NCBI GenBank assembly: GCA_038883795.1
Contig: JAVZLK010000028.1
Location: forward strand, 1-20,278
Length of the DNA: 20,278 nt
From: Candidatus Bathyarchaeia archaeon
Lineage (GTDB): Archaea; Thermoproteota; Bathyarchaeia; Bathyarchaeales; Bathycorpusculaceae
Reading direction: 5' to 3'
The notes below the pieces were generated by a model. It saw nothing but the letters and a program-made list of their open reading frames with translations. It had not been told where the DNA came from and searched no databases. Made by a program: the position numbers and the translations under genes. Shown here piece after piece: positions 7,704 to 16,742 of the stretch (position 1 is its first letter; each line of letters begins with the position of its first letter).

Positions 7704-9074
7704 TCATTCGCAAGGAAGTTCTAAGGCCGCGTTTTTTCCGGCTATTCGACCTGAAGTGAAAGCCCATGCTAGGTGCATTCCTGATATGGTATTAACACCA
7801 AAAATACCGCCATTACCTACTTGACCCACAGCGTATAATCTCGGGACAATTCTGCCTAAAGTATTAATCGTTTGACATTTTGAATTAATTTTTAGCCCTC
7901 CCTCTGTAAGAATAACTTTCACTGTTGCCTTCAACGAATAGAAGGGAGAAGCCTTTATTCCACATCCAAAATTAGTTCTTCCGAACTCCAAATCTTTTTT
8001 CATTTTGACATAAATATTCCATGTATATATCGTTTTCTTCAGTTCTTTTATTGATATTCTTAATTTTTTGGCTAATTTTTCCAAAGTATCCGCCTCGATC
8101 AAGTAGCCTAGATCCTTGTATGTCTGGTAAAAATTTACACCTTTGATTGCCACTTGTCTATCAAAAATAACGTAGCATACTCTTCCAGGTTGTGCGAGTA
8201 TGGCGGCATTTTGTAACGGATAGGCAGACAATTCATTTACAAACCTCTTCCCCTTTTTGTTAACTAAAATGGCACCATTTACAATGAAGCTTCGCGATAT
8301 AAATGTATGATCTACCATTGGACCGCATGGCTGTCCACCAATATTCATATTTACCATATCTACTCCTATCGCACTAGCCATTTTATGACCGTCTCCGGTA
8401 TTACCAGGATTACATGCGGTCGCTATATTGACTGTTTCAATAGGACAATATTTTCTTCTCATCCTTTTATTTGCAGCAAAGCTACCAGTAGCAAGAATCA
8501 CCGCTTTTTTGGCCTTAATTTTTAGTATTTTTTTTCGTTTAAGATCTTCTGCTTTGACTCCTATAACCTCTCCGCCTCGGCTCCTAATCAATCTAACAGC
8601 CTTAGTATTTAATATAATTTCTACACTTCTTTTTTCTGCCGCCTCCTTGAGTACTTTAATGTAAGCACTAGAATTAGGTAAAACTGCGTGACACCTTGGA
8701 ACTGTGCATTCATCTCTAGGATAAACTTTATCTTCAAATTTAACCCCCAATTGTGTCAACCAATCAAATGTTTCTCCTGATTTTTCCGCCAGAAGTTTTA
8801 GAAGTTCAAGATTTGACGCGCCTCCTCCCACTTTAACCATGTCTTTATAGGCAATTTCAGGAGAATCATATATCTTGTGTTTTTTTTGAATATGTGTTCC
8901 CACGGCAAATAATGTTCCTGCTGAAAGAGCGGTATCGCCACCAACAAAGGGCATCTTCTCAAGAACAATGACATCAGCTTTATGCTCGGCCGCTTCAACG
9001 GCTGCAGATAATCCGGAACCACCCCCTCCCACTATTAATACGTCAGTTTCATAATTCCAACTTTTTTCGATCAT
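7704..9074 (-). CDS. FAD-dependent oxidoreductase, flavocytochrome c / fumarate reductase flavoprotein family (substrate unknown)
   Basis: DVLIVGGGGSGLSAA, LEKMPFVGGDTALSAG, KAVILATGSF, NTGDG, ILVNKKGKRFVNE, TEGGLKIN, LYAVG and SGRIAG. No haem motifs or signal peptide. Confidence 0.9.
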   Translation of the reverse strand: MIEKSWNYETDVLIVGGGGSGLSAAVEAAEHKADVIVLEKMPFVGGDTALSAGTLFAVGTHIQKKHKIYDSPEIAYKDMVKVGGGASNLELLKLLAEKSGETFDWLTQLGVKFEDKVYPRDECTVPRCHAVLPNSSAYIKVLKEAAEKRSVEIILNTKAVRLIRSRGGEVIGVKAEDLKRKKILKIKAKKAVILATGSFAANKRMRRKYCPIETVNIATACNPGNTGDGHKMASAIGVDMVNMNIGGQPCGPMVDHTFISRSFIVNGAILVNKKGKRFVNELSAYPLQNAAILAQPGRVCYVIFDRQVAIKGVNFYQTYKDLGYLIEADTLEKLAKKLRISIKELKKTIYTWNIYVKMKKDLEFGRTNFGCGIKASPFYSLKATVKVILTEGGLKINSKCQTINTLGRIVPRLYAVGQVGNGGIFGVNTISGMHLAWAFTSGRIAGKNAALELPCE

Positions 9075-9291
9075 TGAACATCAGTAAGAGGGAGGGATAA
9101 AATGTAAATAAAGTTTTTTATGTCGTTTGTCATCGAAAATGTACCTTCATCATCAAGTTTACATGAACTTTTCTGCATCCACATACTTTACATACTCGAA
9201 AGGTCTATGATGCGTTTTGGTCAGCGTATAGACGCATGCCTCCTTTATGAGGGGAATCAGCCTTTGGAGGTGGCATGTTAAGGTTTAATGC

Positions 9292-9639
9292 TTATGCACA
9301 CGCAGCTCGCTTATTTACAACCCTTTGTATTCCACAGTCACAGTTTCGGTTTCCTGGCAACCTCCTTCTAACGATTTCCTGAAATTCTTCATGCTTAGGC
9401 TTGCCATATTCAGCTGGCTGACCTCTTCCTGACTGAAGCCCGTCACGAGAAGAAGCTGTTCCTAAACTCATCAACCATCTTCTCGCTTTTAGTTTGGGGC
9501 TTTGTCGTCTGTAAGTATTTTCGGATTCTCCTAAACGGCTCAAGCATATCCTCACCCAACCTTTCGCCGTTTTTAATTCGCTTTCAACATGGGTTTTCAG
9601 AAAATCGCAACCTCATTTTGGAAAATCCCTAATCCTAAG
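9292..9639 (-). pseudogene. Second, heavily deleted archaeal tyrosine integrase remnant
   Basis: Frameshifted pieces LRIRDFP | GCDFLKTHVE.RIKNGERL | EDMLEPFRRIRKYLQT | QLLLVTGFSQEEV...EEFQEIVRRRL resemble, from recall, successive segments of an archaeal site-specific integrase family. The catalytic segment is absent. Confidence 0.5.
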
Positions 9640-10092
9640 CTCTACTGTTCCAGTCTAGTTGCTAAGTGTTTCTGTGCATAGTGCCTATGCACCAACAAAG
9701 CATATGCCACTCGGGTTGGCGCGCGCAATATTCGGGGCGATAGAAGCGGGCAAAGAACAAAACAAGGTGTAGGCTGAGGCGGACGCAGAGAAGATGGGGA
9801 GTCGCAACATCCATAGGCCACAACCTAGCCGTTCTGAACAGGCTGAAATGCGCCAAAACCCTCAACATAACCTCAAGCCAATACTTGCAAACGCTGAGCC
9901 ATAAACCTCAAAGCAAAAGATACGCCGACCAGCTAGCACACACCATGAAACAACAATCCATAAAATGAAACCCGACAAAAGGCTTTAGGATGTTGCCAAA
10001 TCCCACTTTGCACGGCTTCTATGGAGCAAGCTTTTTAGGGCTTAAAAACTCTGCAAGCTTCTTCAAAGCCCAAACCAAAACGTTGTTAAGGA

Positions 10093-10717
10093 TCATTTCA
10101 GGTGCTGCTCCGACTTTTCGGCCAGCCTCTCAACATCCTCGTAAAACCGCTTCTCCAACATAAGCTGAACAAAATCTGCGTTAGCATACTTCTTAACGGT
10201 TAAAACCCCTCTCAGCAGGCTCAGCTGCAAAAAACTCCAGCTGAAAGGATTCAGTTGCAAGCTTGCAACTTTACCTTTATAAAAAAGCTTCTTTACATTT
10301 TGCAAATCAGACGCTCTGGAAGGATTTCCGACGCCAGGTCTCTCCTTAAGCCTATCGGGCAGATACATCATAACCCACCTGAGGCTCATGCCAGTTACCT
10401 CAGAAATCTTCCTTGCAGTTCAGCTCAGGCTTAACTCCAGCCTTAACATACAGTTCGCCAAGCTCCTCAAGCATTCTGCTTTTCTCCCCAGCAGGAACAT
10501 TCCGCCTGCAAACGTTTGCGATGAGCCTAGCAACAAGCCTTTGCTCATCAGACTCTATATGGTCAAGCCTAATTTTAGGCCGGTTTGGGTCAGCCTCAAG
10601 CCTATGCAAACCATCAACAACATTTCCATACCTGTCCAAAAGAACGGGGTAAAGCCGCCCAACACGCTCACTAGAAAACCTCAAACCCTCAACGATCTCC
10701 CCACCATCCCAAAGCAA
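10093..10717 (-). pseudogene. ParB/Srx-domain plus HTH protein gene with one frameshift
   Basis: GRLYPVLLDRYGNVVDGLHRL (ParB/Srx DGxHR), RLIANVCRR, then a frameshift near 10420 into ARKISEVTGMSLRWVMMYLP (HTH). This joins ORFs 10400-10717 and 10093-10389. Confidence 0.72.
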
Positions 10718-10828
10718 ACCCCACCAAGACTAAATATACACAATGAAAAACACATAAAATTTACCCTCAAGCACTTGAAAAACTCTAAAAATCATACAAA
10801 CAGAATTAGCCGACAACCCCGGGAATTA

Positions 10829-10845
10829 CGAAAAATTTTAATATT
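10829..10845 (+). promoter_or_regulatory. Archaeal BRE/TATA promoter of the VOC gene
   Basis: CGAAAAATTTTAATATT lies about 42 nt upstream of ATG 10887. Confidence 0.5.
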
Positions 10846-10886
10846 CAACCATATTTTTTAAACTCGATTAAAAAATCGTGGTTAAG

Positions 10887-11384
10887 ATGGTTGAAGGCTT
10901 TCCTAAAGATGTTACCCTCAGATTTCACCATGCAGGAATATATGTATCAGACCTTGACCGAAGCATAAAATGGTATTCTGAAATGTTAGGCTATAAACTG
11001 CTAAAGATTCGCGAAGGTTTACGACTGTTTGAAGTTAATGGTAGTTTCAAGTATTTTGAGTGCACAATGGCAATACTGCAGCATGGAAATCACTATCTTG
11101 AGCTGTTTAAAATTCACAACTTGAATATCGCCCCTTTTAATTACGATCACTATAAAGGCGAATGTGGAATGAAGCATGTATGCTTTGTTATATCGCCTAT
11201 GGAAAAATACAACAAGTTTATTGACTACCTTTACGAAAAAGGCGTGAAGTTTACCGTGGGAGGCAGCGACAAACATCATGTCAAGGAGCCCTTAGAAGTT
11301 GAGCATATTTCTCGCGTGTTCATTCTAGATCCTGACGGTATTCCGATTGAGATAGTTGGTAGAGAACCTGGAGTAGACTGGTGA
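10887..11384 (+). CDS. VOC / glyoxalase superfamily metalloenzyme
   Basis: FHHAGIYVSDLDRSIKWY, LELF, KHVCF and DPDGIPIEIV give the His/Glu/His/Glu metal-ligand pattern. Alternative GTG start at 10878. Confidence 0.9.
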   Translation: MVEGFPKDVTLRFHHAGIYVSDLDRSIKWYSEMLGYKLLKIREGLRLFEVNGSFKYFECTMAILQHGNHYLELFKIHNLNIAPFNYDHYKGECGMKHVCFVISPMEKYNKFIDYLYEKGVKFTVGGSDKHHVKEPLEVEHISRVFILDPDGIPIEIVGREPGVDW

Positions 11385-11953
11385 GACTGGAATATAATAT
11401 AATAGAGATTTTTAGTAATAATGTGCTGTCTCGCCCAAATAAAATATTTATTGAACCTAAGATTGTTAAGAACGAGTTTACCTGTCATTGGGTCAAGCTA
11501 TCTATGACGTTATATAAGTCTTATTATACTTAGTGAAACGCGGCAACGTTCGCCCTCATTACGGTCCTTCATTCAATAGGATGACTGCTACTTTTTGAAT
11601 TCCTAACTCTTTCTCAGACAAGCTATCCTCGCTCCATTGAGCTTTTCTATTATTCAGCATTCTTATAATAATTTTCTACGTAATCTCTTTAAAGAAACAA
11701 CACAATTTGCAGGCAACTTTACTTATCTTGTTATCATGACCACAGCTTCGTTGCGCCCAACCCCCCTCTGTAAAATAACCCAATTATTCAGTCACATACA
11801 ACGTTAAGAAAAAGCAGCAAGAACCATGCCTACCTCGTGCTTACCACAAATTAAAAGAAAAAGATTAATTAAAACGCTGTACAACTAAGCATAGAATTTA
11901 ACTTTAACGTTATCTATATTTTGCCTATAGATACAGGACCGAAACAAATACGT

Positions 11954-12691
11954 TTAAATCCCCAAATAAGCTTTTCTAAGAGTTTCACTACTAAAGAGTT
12001 CTTCCGCAGTTCCATGTGCAACAATTCTTCCTTCTGACATCACATAATTCCTATTTGTGATTTTAAACGCTGATCTAACATCTTGCTCAACAAGTAGTAC
12101 GGAAATCCCAGTTTGCCCAATATTTTTTATTTGCTCAAAGCAGCTTCGCTTTAACTTTGGTGCGAGCCCGGCTGTAGGTTCATCGATACACAGGAGCTTT
12201 GGGTTAGCCATTAAAGCCCTCCCGATAGCTAGCATTTGTTGCTCACCTCCTGACAAAGTCCCTGCAATTCTACGCTCCATTCTCTTCAGCGAAGGGAAAA
12301 GTGCATAGACGATCTCTAGTCTTTTCTTAATTTCTTCTTTGTCTTTACATGTATACGCACCAGCTTTTAAATTTTCTATTACTGTCATTTCAGGAAATGG
12401 CCTACGCCTCTCCGGGCAGAGTATTAAACCTTTATTTGCTATTTCATGAGGCAATAATTTCTCTATTCTTTCTCCATCAAATTTCACCATACCCTCGAAG
12501 GTTACGTTTCCATATCTTTTCTGATCCATCCTAACAAGTCCCGATATTGCACGCAACAAGGTCGTTTTTCCTGCCCCATTTGGGCCTATAACCCCAACTA
12601 CTTCACCAGAGCCAACTTCAATGTTAATGCCATTAAGTATCAGAGCCCCTCCATAGGCAACTTTTAGACTTTTTACCTCAAGCACTACCAA
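11954..12691 (-). CDS. livF: LIV/HAAT-family ABC transporter ATP-binding subunit (LivF-like)
   Basis: GPNGAGKTT, PERRRPF, AGTLSGGEQQMLAIGRALM, DEPTAGLAP and LLVEQD. Confidence 0.95.
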   Translation of the reverse strand: MVVLEVKSLKVAYGGALILNGINIEVGSGEVVGVIGPNGAGKTTLLRAISGLVRMDQKRYGNVTFEGMVKFDGERIEKLLPHEIANKGLILCPERRRPFPEMTVIENLKAGAYTCKDKEEIKKRLEIVYALFPSLKRMERRIAGTLSGGEQQMLAIGRALMANPKLLCIDEPTAGLAPKLKRSCFEQIKNIGQTGISVLLVEQDVRSAFKITNRNYVMSEGRIVAHGTAEELFSSETLRKAYLGI

Positions 12692-13421
12692 TTTCCTCCT
12701 CGCCTATATAAGCTTCAATCACATTCTTATCTTTCACCACTTCTATGGGAGAACCATATGCTATCACTTTGCCAAAATTAAGCACGATAACTCTATCGAC
12801 GATCTTCATTAGTTCAGATAATCTATGTTCAACTATGATAATAGAAATTCCTTGATTAACTAAGCCTTTTATTATTTTGCTCAATGAATCAATTTCATAC
12901 ATATTCACTCCAGCAAACGGCTCGTCAAGCAAAAGAATCTTAGGTTCTGTTGCCAACGCTCTGGCTATTTCGAGCTTTTTTAAATCGCCGTGAGGTAGAA
13001 CGGAGGCGAGTTCCGAAGCCCTATCCTTTAAACCAACTAATTCTAACAATTCCTTTGCTCGCCCTTCAGCTGCTTTATTTATTTGGCCTTTTTTCACCGC
13101 TTTGGCAAAAGCTGGTAACAGCACGTTTTCGAAAACAGACATATTACGGAAAGGTCTCACTTGTTGGAAGGTTCCTGTGATGCCTTCTTCAACTCTTTTG
13201 TGCTCGCTCCATCCTGTGATAACTTTGCCATTATATATAATTTGCCCGGAGTTCGGCTTCAATAACCCCATAATGAGACGTAAAAGAGTAGTCTTTCCAG
13301 CTCCATTAGGTCCTATAAGTCCTAATATCTGACCCTCATCTAAACAGAAACTAACATTATCGACAGCTCTTACTCCACCGAAAAGCTTAACCAAATTTTT
13401 AACCTCTAAAAGGACAACCAC
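12678..13421 (-). CDS. livG: LIV/HAAT-family ABC transporter ATP-binding subunit (LivG-like)
   Basis: FGGVRAVDNVSF, GPNGAGKTT, TFQQVRPF, LEIARALATEPKILLLDEPFAG, IVEH and VIEAYIG. Confidence 0.95.
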   Translation of the reverse strand: MVVLLEVKNLVKLFGGVRAVDNVSFCLDEGQILGLIGPNGAGKTTLLRLIMGLLKPNSGQIIYNGKVITGWSEHKRVEEGITGTFQQVRPFRNMSVFENVLLPAFAKAVKKGQINKAAEGRAKELLELVGLKDRASELASVLPHGDLKKLEIARALATEPKILLLDEPFAGVNMYEIDSLSKIIKGLVNQGISIIIVEHRLSELMKIVDRVIVLNFGKVIAYGSPIEVVKDKNVIEAYIGEEEIGSA

Positions 13422-13550
13422 TTTACATCAACTCTCGTATTTATTCTTTCCAAATCTTCCAAAATATTGCACTTAAAGCAGAGATCACGTAAACTATGTG
13501 TAAACGTACATATAACTGCAGACTCTTGCTCTAACATAATTATGGCCACC

Positions 13551-14852
13551 TTAAGTTTCAACATATTTAAGTCTTCTCGCTTTATTTGGGCAAATCTCTA
13601 CACATAGATTGCAACCACCACAAAGTTCAGGGTTCACTAACACCTTTTTATTCTCCCAATAATAGGCTTCACAGAGTATATCTGTACACAATCCACAGCC
13701 AGTGCACCTTTCTATATCCGTTTCTGCAATCACCTTCCCTACTTTGCAATCAACTTGAGCATTGTCCGCAATCCACTTTAATCCAAGTCCTTTAAAATCT
13801 TCAATTGTTTTGTAACCTAGCTTCTTCATATAATTGTTTAAGAATTCTACGGTGTTCTTAAATAATGCCCGTCCCTTCATAGCTACAGCAGAAGAAACCT
13901 CTACGCAGTTAGCACCAAGCATTATTAGTTGCACTATGTTCTCAGGTGTGTGAACTCCGCAAGAGGATATTAAATCTATGTTTGGTACGAATTTTGATAA
14001 GCGTGCAGTATAGTGCATAGCGATATGTATATTCGCTGGACTGTGTAAAGAAGCAATGGAAGGGTTCTTTTCTAGATAAGGAAACATGCTTCGACCTTCA
14101 TTGTATATGTCTGGAGGACATACAGAAGCCGTTGTGGCCCAAGTAAGATATTTTGCTCCTGCTTCTTTTACGCTGGATGCGACTTGTATTATTCTTGGAA
14201 ACCCGATTTCCGTGGAAAATTTAACACCCACACCAACCTTCACCGCTTTAGTAACACTTGCAACTATTTCTTTCAGCAGATCTGGCATATCAGATAATAA
14301 TGCACCAATATATTGGCTAGTAATTTCTTCTCTAGTGTACACTTTCAAAAGTTTTTCTCTTCCAAGGGGTGTGGGGCAAGCACAGTTCATTTCTATAAGA
14401 TCTACGCCTTCTTCTTCTTCAATTTTAGCGAGTTCCACCCAAGATTTTATATTTGCTCCATCACCCATAATACTTCCTATAAGCGGAACATCATCAGGAA
14501 GTTTTTCTTTGAGAATTTTTATAACCTTCACTGCCTCATCAATGTGATGCATAGCTGCTACCGGAGCCATGAATACATAAATTTTTTCTTTAGTCCAATA
14601 TGGAGCGTTAAAAGCAAGCCACCGCCCAGTAGGAGTTCCGCGTCCGCTCTTGAAACGCGTGCCGGATATGGCTGTGGCGAGAGTTAAAAAACCAGCACCT
14701 GCTTCCGCATGCTTAATTAGATGCTGCGCATATTTCTCAGGCACAATTCCCCAAGGTCCAGTCGCAGATGTTGAGGCCCAACCTAGAGGCATTCTAGCTT
14801 TCACGCCAGCAATTGTTACTGCAAGCTGAGGTGAAATCTTAAGCGTTTCCAT
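13551..14852 (-). CDS. Dihydroorotate/dihydropyrimidine dehydrogenase (PreA-like) FMN enzyme with C-terminal 4Fe-4S dicluster domain
   Basis: VPLIGSIMG, IEMNCACP (the ELNxSCP catalytic Cys loop), GVKFS, GVHTPENIVQLIMLGANCVEV, and C-terminal CTGCGLC...C / CGGCNLCVEICP. The start overlaps the livM stop (TAATG). Confidence 0.82.
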   Translation of the reverse strand: METLKISPQLAVTIAGVKARMPLGWASTSATGPWGIVPEKYAQHLIKHAEAGAGFLTLATAISGTRFKSGRGTPTGRWLAFNAPYWTKEKIYVFMAPVAAMHHIDEAVKVIKILKEKLPDDVPLIGSIMGDGANIKSWVELAKIEEEEGVDLIEMNCACPTPLGREKLLKVYTREEITSQYIGALLSDMPDLLKEIVASVTKAVKVGVGVKFSTEIGFPRIIQVASSVKEAGAKYLTWATTASVCPPDIYNEGRSMFPYLEKNPSIASLHSPANIHIAMHYTARLSKFVPNIDLISSCGVHTPENIVQLIMLGANCVEVSSAVAMKGRALFKNTVEFLNNYMKKLGYKTIEDFKGLGLKWIADNAQVDCKVGKVIAETDIERCTGCGLCTDILCEAYYWENKKVLVNPELCGGCNLCVEICPNKARRLKYVET

Positions 14853-15823
14853 TATTTTCCCCTCAATTTTACACCTTGAGCCTTTTTTTTTATCCTAGAA
14901 ATAATTCCTTCAGGGATGAAAAGAATTAAAATAATTAAAAGAAGAGCTTGCGATATATCCATAAGCTGAGGAGGGATTTTTGGAATTGTACGAATGTATT
15001 GAAAAATCGGGAAAAGTATAAAAGTGCCTACTACCGCGCCATAAATGGATGATGCTCCGCCAAAAATAGTCCAAATCAGCGGCTGGATCGAAAAAGTAAC
15101 TGACGTTATAGAAGTATCCGCGCCCTTCACTATATGCGCATAGATTGCTCCTGCTAGTCCAGCTAAAATAGCAGAGATGCAAAATGCCAATAACTTGTAT
15201 TTTGCGGTGTTTATTCCGCAAGTTCTGACCACAACTTCATCTTCACGAATAGCTCTGAAATATAATCCTAGCCTTGAATTTGTCAATTTCCAGCTCAAAA
15301 TTGTAACGCCAAGCATAATGATTAAAGAGTAATAATATATAAAACTTCTAGAGGGTGCTAGTGGGTCAGGAATACCTAATTTCATAGTGCCATATTCGCC
15401 TCCAGTAATATTTCCGAACATAACAATTAACCCCGTTAAGGCTATTGGAAATGCAAGTGTCCCTATAGACAAATAAGCCCCGTGTAATCTTGAGCATGGT
15501 GCTGCGACAATTAATCCGGCTATTAAGGCTGTGCACACTCCAATGGGAATGGTTATAAAAATAGGTAGCCTAAGATGCAAATTAAGTAAAACAGAGGTAT
15601 ACGCCCCCACTCCAAATAAAAAACCGTGGCCTAGGCTCCCCTGCCCACAATATCCGCCGAGTATATCCCAACTTATTGCGTAAATACTGTAGACATACGT
15701 CAAGGCCAATATGAATTGCCAATATGGGTTCGTAATTATAAAAGGAAGGATAAATAGTATGATAACAATTAAAAGGATCAATGTTTTGATTGAAAGGAAC
15801 TTTTCTAGAATATGTGACATCAT
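14852..15823 (-). CDS. livM: LIV/HAAT-family ABC transporter permease (LivM-like)
   Basis: SWDILGGYCGQGSLGH, RLHGAYLSIGTLAF, TGGEYG, AIREDE and YKLLAFCISA. Multiple hydrophobic helices. Confidence 0.93.
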   Translation of the reverse strand: MMSHILEKFLSIKTLILLIVIILFILPFIITNPYWQFILALTYVYSIYAISWDILGGYCGQGSLGHGFLFGVGAYTSVLLNLHLRLPIFITIPIGVCTALIAGLIVAAPCSRLHGAYLSIGTLAFPIALTGLIVMFGNITGGEYGTMKLGIPDPLAPSRSFIYYYSLIIMLGVTILSWKLTNSRLGLYFRAIREDEVVVRTCGINTAKYKLLAFCISAILAGLAGAIYAHIVKGADTSITSVTFSIQPLIWTIFGGASSIYGAVVGTFILFPIFQYIRTIPKIPPQLMDISQALLLIILILFIPEGIISRIKKKAQGVKLRGK

Positions 15824-15826
15824 TCT

Positions 15827-16696
15827 TCACCTCTCATGGATTTGAACACCAAAAAGTCCTCCAGGTCTTATCAAAAAAATTAGTACAACCGCAACAAAAG
15901 CAATAGCTTCTTTTAGATGACCTAATTCCGGATAGACTAAAGATACGCCCGTGAAAACAAAGCCGAATATTAATGATGCTAAAATAGAACCTTTTATGCT
16001 CCCCAGTCCACCAAGTACGGCCGCAGCCATAACTATTGGCAAAGCGGGAGCCCACATCCACGGTGTTAGACTTTGGAGAGGAGCACTAAAAACGCCTGCA
16101 AAAACCGCTAAAAATATCCCTATCGCTCCGCTCACGAAGTATATTTTTTTAATATTCATTCCGCATAGAGCGGCCACCTCGGCATCTTGAGCGGTAGCGC
16201 GAACAGCAATTCCCAGCTTTGTTTTCTTTAAAAATATAGCTAAAATGGAGTAAAGAATTATCGCAGATACTATAATAATTAAATGTTGGTTCAAGATTCT
16301 AACGCCTAAAATTTCAATAAATCCAGGAATGAAAGAGGGCATTCCTAGACTAAATGTGCCATAAATAAAATGTATAACCCCTTGAACAAACATTGCGACG
16401 CCTATTGTTAAAATTAGTTGACTTAAGATATTTTCTCTAATCTTATTTTTAAGGCATAACAAGTATGGGAAAAGGCAGAGTAAAGTTGCAAGGACCAACG
16501 AAAAAAACACGGATAATAGTATGCCAAAATTCCATATACGAAAAAACGTGTAAAGAAGATACGCTCCCATCATAGAAAATGCTGTATGAGCTAAGTTGAG
16601 TATTTTGGAGACCCCGAAAATGAAGGAAAAGCCCATAGTTATTAAAGCATATGATAGTCCAGTTGTCAATCCTAATATTATTAACTGGTCAATCAT
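15827..16696 (-). CDS. livH: LIV/HAAT-family ABC transporter permease (LivH-like)
   Basis: YALITMGFSFIFGVSKILNLAH, KTKLGIAVRATAQD, VLGGLGSIKG and RPGGLFG. GGTGA upstream of the start. Confidence 0.93.
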   Translation of the reverse strand: MIDQLIILGLTTGLSYALITMGFSFIFGVSKILNLAHTAFSMMGAYLLYTFFRIWNFGILLSVFFSLVLATLLCLFPYLLCLKNKIRENILSQLILTIGVAMFVQGVIHFIYGTFSLGMPSFIPGFIEILGVRILNQHLIIIVSAIILYSILAIFLKKTKLGIAVRATAQDAEVAALCGMNIKKIYFVSGAIGIFLAVFAGVFSAPLQSLTPWMWAPALPIVMAAAVLGGLGSIKGSILASLIFGFVFTGVSLVYPELGHLKEAIAFVAVVLIFLIRPGGLFGVQIHER

Positions 16697-16717
16697 GTAA
16701 ATTTATTCACCTTGTCA

Positions 16718-16734
16718 TTTTTTTTAAAAAAAAA
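16718..16734 (-). terminator. T-tract (T9 then A8 on the minus strand) just after the SBP gene; probable partial archaeal terminator
   Basis: The plus strand has T8A9 at 16718-16734, between the SBP stop and livH. Oligo-T tracts are established archaeal terminators. Confidence 0.4.
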
Positions 16735-16742
16735 GGAGAATT

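Noticed and set aside
9662-10090. Short ORFs between the ParB gene and the integrase remnant
   Set aside because: They are interrupted by stops and show no recognisable domain. Probably backbone debris.
10388-10861. 157-aa plus-strand ORF
   Set aside because: It is the antisense shadow of the ParB-like gene, which carries the real motifs.
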